Shown one piece after another: positions 39,995 to 47,641 of a stretch of DNA of 64,000 nt (positions are counted from its first letter, which is position 1; the number at the start of each line of letters is the position of its first letter). The notes under the pieces were generated by a model that did no database searches, had not been told where the DNA came from, and saw nothing but the letters and a program-made list of their open reading frames with translations. Both the position numbers and the translations under genes were made by a program. The stretch spans positions 188,090-252,089 of the forward strand of contig CAWCEC010000003.1 of assembly GCA_963794525.1 (NCBI GenBank). Reading direction: 5' to 3'. The DNA is from an uncultured Chloroflexia bacterium (GTDB taxonomy: Bacteria; Chloroflexota; Limnocylindria; Limnocylindrales; CSP1-4).

Positions 39995-41035
39995 TCATCG
40001 GAACTGCTCCAGGAACCGCAGGTCGTTCTCGAGGAACAGGCGCAGATCGGTGACGCCGTGCTTGAGCATCTTGATCCGCTCGGGGCCCATCCCGAACGCG
40101 AACCCCTGGTAGCGCTCCGGGTCGAGGCCGCCGTACTGGAGCACGACGGGATGGACCATGCCGGCCCCGAGGATCGTCATCCAGCCGGTCCGACCACACG
40201 CTGGACAGCCGACTCCACCGCAGACGAGGCACTCGACGTCGAAGGCGACCGAGGGCTCCGTGAACGGGTAGTAGCCCGGTCGGAAGCGGGTCTTCTTGTC
40301 CGCCCCGTACATCGCCTTGGCGAACTGGTCGAGCAGGCCCTTGAGGTCGGCCATGGTCGTGCCTTCGTCGATCATCAGGCCTTCGACCTGGAAGAACTCC
40401 GTGGCGCGACTGGCGTCGATTGCCTCGTACCGGAAGCAGCGTCCGGGGAGCAGCGCCCGAATAGGCGGTGTCTCGGTCTGCATGACGCGGATCTGCCCGG
40501 GTGAGGTGTGGGTCCGCAGCAGGCGGCCCTCGACGTCGACGTAGAACGTGTCCCAGAGGTCCCGCGCCGGATGGTCCGGCGGGATGTTGAGCATCTGGAA
40601 GTTCGTCAGGTCGTCCTCGATCTCCGGGCTCTCATACACCACGAAGCCGAACTGGCCGAAGATGTCGGCGATCTCGCGCATCGCCTCGATGCTCGGGTGG
40701 AGCGTGCCGCGACGGATGGGCCGGCCGGGGGTCGTGACGTCGACTGCCTCCGTCCCCAGTCGCGTCGCCAGCTCGGAGCCGCGGAGCGCCGTCCCTCGCT
40801 CGGCCAGCGCGGCGTCGATGGCCTGCCGGACGACGTTCGCGACCGCGCCGACCTTCGGTCGATCCTCGGCGGGCAACGCGCCGATCCCCCGGAGGACCGC
40901 GGTGAGGCGGCCCTTCTTGCCGAGGATCTCGAGCTCGACGGCATCGAGCGTCGCCGCGTCCGGAGCGGCCGCGATCGACGCGAGTGCCTCAGCCTGGAGC
41001 GCCTCCAGGTCGCGGGTCAGGTCGGCGAGGTCCAA
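39995..41035 (-). CDS. pheS: phenylalanine--tRNA ligase alpha subunit
   Basis: Start taken at TTG 41035 (LDLADLTRDLEAL), with AAGGAG 4 nt upstream. It has class II motifs including FRPGYYPFTEPS and GMVHPVV. Confidence 0.9.
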   Translation of the reverse strand: MDLADLTRDLEALQAEALASIAAAPDAATLDAVELEILGKKGRLTAVLRGIGALPAEDRPKVGAVANVVRQAIDAALAERGTALRGSELATRLGTEAVDVTTPGRPIRRGTLHPSIEAMREIADIFGQFGFVVYESPEIEDDLTNFQMLNIPPDHPARDLWDTFYVDVEGRLLRTHTSPGQIRVMQTETPPIRALLPGRCFRYEAIDASRATEFFQVEGLMIDEGTTMADLKGLLDQFAKAMYGADKKTRFRPGYYPFTEPSVAFDVECLVCGGVGCPACGRTGWMTILGAGMVHPVVLQYGGLDPERYQGFAFGMGPERIKMLKHGVTDLRLFLENDLRFLEQFR

Positions 41036-41108
41036 ATCACTCCTTAAATCAGGAACCCCCGACCGTCCCGGATCGAGGGTTCGAGTGGCTGCGTGGGTCC
41101 GGGATCGA

Positions 41109-41459
41109 CTACGCGGACTTTGCCACTTCGACGATGCGGCCGAACGTCGCGCTGTCACGCACCGCAAGGTCGGCCAGGATCTTGCGATCGATCTCGATGT
41201 CGGCTCGCTTGAGCCCGCTGATGAACTGGCCGTACGTCAGGCCGTTCTGGCGGGCGGCGGCGTTGATGCGGATGATCCACAGCTCGCGCATCTGGCGCTT
41301 GCGCTGCTTGCGGTCGCGGGTCGCGTAGGCGAGCGCATGCAACAGCGCCTCACGCGCCGGCTTGATCAGCTTCGAGCGGGTGCCCTTGCGGCCCTCAGCT
41401 GCCTTGAGCAGGCGCTTGTGGCGCTTGTGGGCGGCGACGCCGCGCTTGACTCGTGCCAT
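41109..41459 (-). CDS. rplT: 50S ribosomal protein L20
   Basis: [26 protein letters not shown]... Confidence 0.97.
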   Translation of the reverse strand: MARVKRGVAAHKRHKRLLKAAEGRKGTRSKLIKPAREALLHALAYATRDRKQRKRQMRELWIIRINAAARQNGLTYGQFISGLKRADIEIDRKILADLAVRDSATFGRIVEVAKSA

Positions 41460-41474
41460 AGCGGGTAGTGGCTC

Positions 41475-41672
41475 CTACAGGTACGGCAGCAGGCGCCGGA
41501 CCTGCTTGGCGTGGACGGACTTCATGACGGTCTTGCCGGCATAGCGGCGCGTCCGTCGCGACGACTTGATCTCGAGGTGATGGCCGCGCCACGCCTTGAC
41601 CCGGATGATCTTGCCGCTACCGGTCTTGCCGATGCGCTTCTGGGCCGTCTTGTGGCTCTTGATCTTCGGCAC
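41475..41672 (-). CDS. rpmI: 50S ribosomal protein L35
   Basis: GTG start at 41672: (M)PKIKSHKTAQKRIGKTGSGKIIRVKAWRGHHLEIKSSRRTRR... The listed ORF extends upstream into the infC tail. Confidence 0.93.
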   Translation of the reverse strand: MPKIKSHKTAQKRIGKTGSGKIIRVKAWRGHHLEIKSSRRTRRYAGKTVMKSVHAKQVRRLLPYL

Positions 41673-41679
41673 GCTGGCC

Positions 41680-42366
41680 TCACTCTCCTGCTTGGACTGG
41701 CTCGGGCTCCTGCGCGGCCGCGGCCTTTGGTTGGGCGACGGCGGCCGGCTGGGGCACGACGGTCTTCGATTCTGGCGCGGGTGGCGGCTCCGCAGTCGCA
41801 TCAGGCGGAGTCACATCCGGCGCGTGCTTGCGGTCCGGGGCGTCGTGGCTCTTGGGCTTGTGCAGCGATGCCATCGTGATGTGCATCGACTTGCCCTCGA
41901 GCAACGGCGTCCGTTCCGCGACTCCATGTTCCTTGACACGCTCCACGAACCTGGCGAGCAGGTTCCGGCCGATCTCCGGGTGGGTCAGCTCCCGACCGCG
42001 GAAACGCACCGTCACCTTGATACGGTCGCCATCCTCGAGGAACTCGATCGCTCGGTGGACCTTCGTATCGAAGTCGCCCACGCCGATCTTCGGCGTGAGG
42101 CGGACCTCCTTGAAGGTGACCGAGCGCTGCTTGCGCTTGGCTTCCTTCTCTCGCTTCGTCAGTTCGTACTTGTACTGTCCGAAGTCGAGGAACCGGACCA
42201 CCGGGGGCTGGGCCATCGGAGCGACCTCGACGAGGTCATATCCCCGTTCCTGCGCCATCTCGAGGGCCTGCGGCGTGGGCATGACACCCAGCTGGGCACC
42301 CTCTTCATCGACCACCCGGACCTGTGGGATCCGGATCATCTGATTGACTCGCAGGTCTCGGCTGAT
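41680..42366 (-). CDS. infC: translation initiation factor IF-3, probable ATC start
   Basis: The listed ORF starts at ATG 42339 (MIRIPQVRVVDEEG). The frame is open 9 codons further and reads ISRDLRVNQ, which matches the IF-3 N-terminus (compare Bacillus MISKDQLVNEGIRAREVRLIG). ATC at 42366-42364 has GAGGG 7 nt upstream, and an in-frame TAG lies at 42390-42388. Confidence 0.9.
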   Translation of the reverse strand: MSRDLRVNQMIRIPQVRVVDEEGAQLGVMPTPQALEMAQERGYDLVEVAPMAQPPVVRFLDFGQYKYELTKREKEAKRKQRSVTFKEVRLTPKIGVGDFDTKVHRAIEFLEDGDRIKVTVRFRGRELTHPEIGRNLLARFVERVKEHGVAERTPLLEGKSMHITMASLHKPKSHDAPDRKHAPDVTPPDATAEPPPAPESKTVVPQPAAVAQPKAAAAQEPEPVQAGE

Positions 42367-42514
42367 GGTTGGGCCCTCGTGTAGCTGCTATCGACTCGAC
42401 CGGCGCGGGCAAACGGCCCCCACCGGACGAGCGGGCAGGATAGCACAGGCCCTCCGAGGGCGACAACGAAACGGGCTTCCCACCGGCCGGAATCGCCCGG
42501 TCCGGACTCGCCCC

Positions 42515-42690
42515 TGGAACATCACATGTTCCAATCAGCGGCTGAGCAAGGGGTGCAGCCGCGTCTGGAACATCCCCATGGTCCACTTAGCGGCCGACCT
42601 CGCCCCCCGTTCGCCGGATGGAACATCAGCACGTTCCAAAGGCACCCGCGGTGGTGCATCCTTCGCCGGTTGGAACTTCGGGATGTTCCA
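42515..42690. repeat. cluster B of the TGGAAC-N7/8-GTTCCA palindromic repeat family (4 copies, one degenerate)
   Basis: 42515-42533 TGGAACATCACATGTTCCA, followed by the flank ATCAGCGGCTGAGCA; 42566-42585 TGGAACATCCCCATGGTCCA (degenerate); 42619-42638 TGGAACATCAGCACGTTCCA; 42671-42690 TGGAACTTCGGGATGTTCCA. The period is about 52 nt. Confidence 0.85.
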
Positions 42691-42734
42691 AGTGCAACCG
42701 GGGCTCGAGACATCCACCGACCGGGACGCCCAGA

Positions 42735-43358
42735 TCATCCTGGCGCATCTCGGGCACGAGCCGCCGGATCTGGAGTTCCGGTACTACGCCGATTCGCTGG
42801 CGAGAGCCGACTGACCGCCACCGCCGCGATCGCTCCGCCGATCAGCCCCAACGCCAGATCACCCAGGGTGTCCGCGTACGCCGTGGCGGCCTCAGGCGAG
42901 TTCGGCACGAAGGCCACGTACTCCGCGAGCTCCCACAGCACCGCGGTGCTTGCCGCCCAGGCGAATGCCAGCGTCGCGCGGGTCCACTGCCCCCAGTCTC
43001 CGGCACGCAGCAGCAGCCCGACCGCCGCCGTGTGGAGTCCCCAGTTGACCAGGTGGTTGACGTCATCCCACCACTCGACCGCGTCGTACAGGTCGAGCGC
43101 GTTCCCGGCGACGTCGATCAGGAACGGGAGCCCAAGCAGGATGTCGGCCGCCACCGGGAAGGCGAACCCACGCGGTCGACCGAGCAACCACCAGCCGATC
43201 GGCAACATCACCAGGGCGATCGGATAGGCCACCGCTCGGCCAGTGAAGGCTTTGCCGGTGAACTGCGGCAGGTCGGGGCTGAGGACCGCCCATGCGAGCA
43301 GCACGACGGTCGCGACCTTGATCGCGACATCGACCGCGACGAGGCGCCGATCCGGCAT
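42735..43358 (-). CDS. hypothetical integral membrane protein
   Basis: 207 aa with about 6 hydrophobic segments and no recognised motif. It starts 8 nt after the thrS stop. Confidence 0.6.
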   Translation of the reverse strand: MPDRRLVAVDVAIKVATVVLLAWAVLSPDLPQFTGKAFTGRAVAYPIALVMLPIGWWLLGRPRGFAFPVAADILLGLPFLIDVAGNALDLYDAVEWWDDVNHLVNWGLHTAAVGLLLRAGDWGQWTRATLAFAWAASTAVLWELAEYVAFVPNSPEAATAYADTLGDLALGLIGGAIAAVAVSRLSPANRRSTGTPDPAARARDAPG

Positions 43359-43366
43359 CGGCTTGT

Positions 43367-45213
43367 CTACGCCACGCCCCGCGCCCGCGACTCGGCCGCT
43401 AGCCGATCAGCGAATGACTCCCAGTCCTCCGGCGCCTGCTGCTCCCCTGCCCTGGTCCGCGGCGAGGCCGTCCTCGCCTCGATCTCACGGTCGCCCAGCA
43501 CCACCATGTACGGCACCTTCTGCTCCTGGGCGGTCCGGATCTTGTACTGCATCCGGTTCGACGAGGCATCGACCTCGACCCGTAACCCGCGCGATGAGAG
43601 CACCTCGGCGAGCTCCGAAGCCGCCTGGACATGGCGGTCGGCGATCGGGATGACCACGGCCTGCACGGGCGCCAACCACAACGGAAACGCCCCCGCGAAG
43701 TGCTCGATCAGGATGCCGATGAATCGCTCGAGCGAGCCGTAGATCGCCCGGTGGATCGCGATCGGCCGCTGGGGCTTGCCGTCCTCGTCGATGTAGGTCA
43801 GGTCGAACCGCTCGGGGAGCATCGTGAGGTCGATCTGGATCGTCGCCATCTGCCACTCGCGGCCGAGCGCATCATCGATGTAGATGTCGATCTTGGGCGC
43901 GTAGAACGTGCCGTCCTTGGGCTTCAGCTCGTAACTGATGTCGGCCGCCGCGAATGCCTCCCGGGTCAGCTGTTCGGCCCGCTCCCAGAGCGCCGGGTCG
44001 CCGATCGCCTTGTCCGGTTTCGTCGCGAACAGAACCGCGGCTCCAGGCCGAACCAGCCGTATGACTCGCGCACCTCGCCGAGCAGCGCGACGATCTCGTC
44101 GGTCAGCTGGTCCGGTCGGACGTACAGATGCGCATCGTCCTGGATGAACTGGCGGACGCGGGTCAGACCCGACAGCGTCCCCGACCGCTCGTTCCGATGC
44201 AGCCGCCCGAACTCACTGAGGCGCAGCGGCAGATCGCGGTACGACCGGAGCTTCGAGCGGTAGATGTAGGTCGACTCGGGGCAGTTCATCGGTTTGAGGC
44301 TGAACGTCTGGTTCTCCGACTCGACCAGGAACATGTTGTCGCGATACAGGTCCCAGTGGCCCGACTGGCGCCAGAGCTTCTCGGACACCACGATCGGCGT
44401 CGACACCTCCTGGTAGCCACGCCGTCGTCTGGAGCTCGCGCATCGCCCCTCGAGCGTCCGCCAGATCCGCTGGCCCTTGGGGTGCCAGAAGGCCGACCCC
44501 GGCGAGACATCGTGGAACGAGAACAGGTCGAGCTGGACGCCGAGCCGGCGATGGTCGCGCTTCTTCGCCTCGGCCCGGCGCCACAGGTAGGCATCGAGGT
44601 CCTCCTGCGTCGCCCAGGCCGTTCCGTAGACGCGCTGGAGCATCGGTCGCTTCTCGTCGCCGCGCCAGTAGGCGCCGGCCGTGCCGAGCAGCTTGAACGG
44701 GCCGATCTTGCCGGTGCTCGCGACATGCGGCCCGCGGCAGAGGTCGATGAACGGCCCTTGCCGGTAGAACGTGGTGGGCGGCATCGGCGTCCCGTCGCGC
44801 TTCGACGTCGCGAGCAGGTCGTCGATGATCTCGACCTTGAACGGCTGCCCACGCTCCTCGAGCGCGGCACGAGCCGCCTCCGGGGTTTCCTCGCTGAACT
44901 CGAAGGGATGGTCCGCCGCGATCGACTCGCGCATCCGCTCCTCGATCTTCGGGAGGTCGTCCGGCGTCAGCGGTCGGGGCAGGAGGAAGTCGTAGTAGAA
45001 GCCGTCCTCGATGACCGGCCCGATGCCGAGCTGCGTGCCCGGGAACAGGTCGAGCACCGCCTCGGCCAGGACGTGCGCCGCACTGTGGCGCATCGGTCCG
45101 AGCTCGCCGGCCGCGCCGTGGTCCATCAGCTCGGTGGCGCTCCCGCGCTCGGGCGCCTCGAGCTTGATCGGCTCGTCGTCGACCTCGTTCGGTTGCTGCT
45201 CTTCGTCCGTCAT
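43367..45213 (-). CDS. thrS: threonine--tRNA ligase (no TGS domain), three frame breaks as given
   Basis: Start at ATG 45213 (MTDEEQQ...). The editing/SAD domain is HSAAHVLAEAV. The class II core includes SLKPMNCPES, HRNERSGTLSGLTRVRQFIQDDAH and FYAPKID. The anticodon-binding domain is in ORF 43367..43849. There is a break near 44032 and a compensating pair within 44411-44455. Confidence 0.9.
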
Positions 45214-45233
45214 GTCGGCTCCCAAAGAATCGG

Positions 45234-45264
45234 AAAACCCCTCGCCCTTCGCCAGGACGAGAGG
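45234..45264 (-). terminator. intrinsic terminator of the thrS T-box attenuator
   Basis: CCUCUCGUCC-UGGCGAA-GGGCGAGGGG forms a 10-bp stem including G-U pairs and is followed by UUUU. Its 5-prime arm overlaps the 3-prime side of the T-box, as expected for the terminator/antiterminator switch. Confidence 0.55.
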
Positions 45265-45425
45265 TCTGCTCCCGCGGTCCCACCTGCGTTCGCCGGTCGA
45301 TGGCCGGCGCACTCGTGATCGCGCTAACGGGCGATTCCCGGATCGGTTCACCGATCGCTCGCGGGTGGTACCGCTCGGGTCGATCGTCGGGCTTCCAGCC
45401 TGGGCCCGGCTCTCTCGGGATCGAC
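45234..45425 (-). promoter_or_regulatory. T-box riboswitch leader of thrS
   Basis: The minus strand carries a GA/K-turn-like GAGAGAG at 45419..45413. The T-box core is CAGGUGGGACCGCGGGAG (core rc at 45272-45285), followed by CCUCUCGUCC. The terminator is described in the next entry. The thrS ATG lies 20 nt after the U-tract. Confidence 0.6.
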
Positions 45426-45465
45426 TGCTCGTGCGGCGCGTCCCGCTCGACGCGTCTTCAGGATG

Positions 45466-45542
45466 TGGTGGGCGACACTGGACTCGAACCAGTGACCTCT
45501 TGCATGTCAAGCAAGTGCTCTAACCAGCTGAGCTAGCCGCCC
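45466..45542 (-). tRNA. tRNA-Val (anticodon GAC), CCA encoded
   Basis: The reverse complement is GGGCGGCTAGCTCAGCTGGTTAGAGCACTTGCTTGACATGCAAGAGGTCACTGGTTCGAGTCCAGTGTCGCCCACCA. The cloverleaf is folded by hand: a 7-bp acceptor, a D-arm GCTC/GAGC, an anticodon stem CTTGC/GCAAG with loop TTGACAT, a T-arm ACTGG/CCAGT with TTCGAGT, and 77 nt in total. Confidence 0.93.
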
Positions 45543-45760
45543 GACGGTTCCGGCTGCTCCGCGCCTGGCTGGACGCGACGCCTGTCGGAACCTACCGTCT
45601 GAGTCTTGCCGCCGCCTCTCCCGAAGTCCCTTAGCGCGAGGTGTTCCACGTCTCGCAGGACCACTGGAGTGACAGCGCCGCCACCCGAACGGCAGCGCGC
45701 ATCGTACCGCAGGGCCGACCGAGCGACAAACAGCCGAATGGACGGTGACGACGTCCCGGG

Positions 45761-45910
45761 TCAGTAGCCGTACGGCTCTGCCGGCGCCGCCGGTGACTGC
45801 GCTGGCGCGGGGGCGTCCGAGCCGCCCGAGCCGCCGCCCGACGGGTTCGTGCAACCGCTCAGCGCCGCGGCGAGGACCAGTACCACGACCAGGATCGACC
45901 GTCGGACCAC
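45761..45910 (-). CDS. hypothetical small lipoprotein (49 aa), below the ORF-track size cutoff
   Basis: Own translation from GTG 45910: (M)VRRSILVVVLVLAAALSGCTNPSGGGSGGSDAPAPAQSPAAPAEPYGY. The lipobox is LSGC. GAAGGAGG lies 5 nt upstream. Confidence 0.5.
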   Translation of the reverse strand: MVRRSILVVVLVLAAALSGCTNPSGGGSGGSDAPAPAQSPAAPAEPYGY

Positions 45911-45980
45911 GCGAACCTCCTTCGCTCTCACCCGGGGATTCGACCGCCCGGCCCGGTCGGTTTCGGCTGATGATGCGCCG

Positions 45981-46802
45981 GTGGACGACTACGAGCTCAT
46001 CGATGTCGGTGGAGGCGCCCGACTGGAACGGTTCGGTCCGCATGTGGTCGACCGGCAACATCCCGCAGCCATAGGCGAGCCAGTCACGCCCGAGCGCTGG
46101 CCCGAGGCCGACCTTCGCTTTGACCGGGATGGCGGCTGGAGCGGTCCGGGCCTGGAGCAGGCACGCTCGGGGTGGCGCGTGCGCCTGGAGGACCTGGTGT
46201 TCGAGGCGCGCCCGACCGATGCGGGACACGTCGGGCTCTTTCCCGAGCACGCAGCGATGCTCCCGTGGCTTCGCGAGCGCATGACCGCCGCGTCCGACGG
46301 ACCATCTGTCCTGAACCTCTTCGGCTACACGGGACTCGTCACGCTCGCGCTGGCACGCGCCGGCGCGGCGATCGTCCACGTCGACGCCGCCCGACCGACG
46401 GTCGCCTGGGCCCGCCGGAACGCGGCGCTGAGCGGCCTCGAGGACCGACCGATCCGCTGGCTCGTCGATGACGCGCGTGCCTTCGTCGCACGCGAGATCC
46501 GGCGCGAACGGCGGTACGCCGGCGTCGTCCTCGACCCACCGACCTACGGCCACGGTACCTCGGGCAAGGCCTGGCGGCTCGAGCACGACCTTGACGCGCT
46601 TCTGGCCGGCATTCGCCGCCTGCTTCTGCCGGACGGCTTCGTACTGCTGACCGCCCACGCCGAAGGCGTCGATCCCGACGACCTCGGATATCGGTTGTCG
46701 ACCGTCACCGACGAGGTCGAAGTCGGCCGACTCACCCTCACGTCGACATCGGGCGCGACGCTCGAGCTCGGCGCGTTCGCTCGCGGCGACGGCGCATCAT
46801 GA
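45981..46802 (+). CDS. class I SAM-dependent RNA methyltransferase (RlmI/RlmK-like catalytic domain)
   Basis: Start taken at GTG 45981 ((M)DDYELIDVGGGARLERFG). The SAM motif I is LNLFGYTGLVTLALARAGA and motif IV is VVLDPPTYG. The upstream part of the listed ORF overlaps the lipoprotein gene. Confidence 0.75.
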   Translation: MDDYELIDVGGGARLERFGPHVVDRQHPAAIGEPVTPERWPEADLRFDRDGGWSGPGLEQARSGWRVRLEDLVFEARPTDAGHVGLFPEHAAMLPWLRERMTAASDGPSVLNLFGYTGLVTLALARAGAAIVHVDAARPTVAWARRNAALSGLEDRPIRWLVDDARAFVAREIRRERRYAGVVLDPPTYGHGTSGKAWRLEHDLDALLAGIRRLLLPDGFVLLTAHAEGVDPDDLGYRLSTVTDEVEVGRLTLTSTSGATLELGAFARGDGAS

Positions 46803-47635
46803 GCTCGATGGCGTCCGACTCCCCTGCCCTGGCGAGCCCGTCGAACCCGCGCATCAAGTCGGTCGCCCGCCTGCGCGATCGGCGTGAACGGGAGTCGAGC
46901 GGTCTCACGCTGGTCGATGGCGCCCGCGAGGTCCGCCGTGCGCTGGATGCCGGCGTCGACGTCGTCGAAGCCTTCGTGTGCGAGCCGCTGCTCGGCGGTG
47001 AGGACGCCCGGGCGGCCCTGGATGCCCTGGATGCAAGGAAGGTCGCGGTCACGACGACCACCGAGCCGGCCTTCGCCAAGCTCGCATTCGGCGACCGCGC
47101 CGAGGGCATCATCGCCGTGATCCGCGCTCCGTCGCTCGAGCTCGCCGCCCTCAAACTCCCCGCCGATCCGCTGGTGGTGGTCGTCGAAGGCGTCGAAAAG
47201 CCGGGCAATGTCGGGGCCGTGCTGCGCAGCGCGGATGGAGCAGGGGCCGACGCCCTCATCGCCGCATCGCCGCGAACAGACCTCGCCAACCCCAATGTCA
47301 TCCGGGCCAGCGCAGGGACGATCTTCTCGGTCCCGCTCGCGGCGGCGCCCTCCGACGATGTCCTTGCCTGGCTCCGCAAGCGAGGGATCCGGGTCGTCGG
47401 GGCACGCGTAGACGCCGAGCGGCTGTACACCGACGCCGACCTGACCGGCCCGCTCGCCATCGCGCTCGGCAGCGAGACCGACGGGCTGACCGCCGCCTGG
47501 CAGGCGGCTGATGTCGAGAACGTTCGACTTCCGATGCACGGCGTCGCCGATAGCCTGAACGTATCGGTCTCGGCAGCGATCCTGTTGTACGAAGCACGAC
47601 GGCAACGCGACCGTCACCGACAGTCGCCAGACTGA
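46799..47635 (+). CDS. TrmH/SpoU family RNA 2'-O-methyltransferase
   Basis: NPRIKSVARLRDRRERE, VEGVEKPGNVGAVLRSADGAGA, IRASAGTIF, and LGSETDGL...MHGVADSLNVSVSAAILLYE. It has an ATGA overlap with the previous gene. Confidence 0.85.
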   Translation: MSSMASDSPALASPSNPRIKSVARLRDRRERESSGLTLVDGAREVRRALDAGVDVVEAFVCEPLLGGEDARAALDALDARKVAVTTTTEPAFAKLAFGDRAEGIIAVIRAPSLELAALKLPADPLVVVVEGVEKPGNVGAVLRSADGAGADALIAASPRTDLANPNVIRASAGTIFSVPLAAAPSDDVLAWLRKRGIRVVGARVDAERLYTDADLTGPLAIALGSETDGLTAAWQAADVENVRLPMHGVADSLNVSVSAAILLYEARRQRDRHRQSPD

Positions 47636-47641
47636 CGGCAG

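Noticed and set aside
41036-41167. N-terminal extension of the listed pheS ORF overlapping rplT
   Set aside because: The TTG at 41035 with AAGGAG 4 nt upstream gives a 346-aa PheS of normal length. The extension is Arg/Ser-rich and overlaps the L20 coding region.
42437-42466. Promoter TTGTCG-N18-TATCCT (minus strand, with TG upstream of the -10) for infC
   Set aside because: It is a plausible pattern only, with weak hexamers and no supporting data. It is mentioned in the cluster B finding but not reported as a feature.
42515-42690. Other interpretations of the TGGAAC/GTTCCA motifs: integron attC sites, parS, sigma-54 or ECF-sigma promoters
   Set aside because: attC inverse core/core sites (RYYYAAC/GTTRRRY) do not fit GGAAC/GTTCC. 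The parS palindrome TGTTNCACGTGAAACA is not present. Sigma-54 needs TGGCAC-N5-TTGC. ECF-type GGAAC-N16-18-GTT spacing is not met, because GTTCC follows after only 8 nt.
45362-45373. Plus-strand GGGTGGTACCGC resembling a T-box core, which would imply a plus-strand leader
   Set aside because: GGTACC is palindromic. This stretch is the complement of the Stem I region of the minus-strand thrS leader. Downstream on the plus strand there is only the antisense of tRNA-Val and no aminoacyl-tRNA-related gene. The true T-box core with terminator is on the minus strand at 45234-45285.
45507-46658. 383-aa minus-strand ORF, and similar long ORFs (for example 8933..10897, 17326..18129, 24051..25037, 24826..26322, 35877..36488, 37345..40053, 48285..49892, 57750..59129)
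   Set aside because: These are Arg/Pro/Gly-rich translations lying antisense or out of frame to clearly conserved genes. They are typical shadow ORFs of high-GC DNA, with no recognisable motifs.
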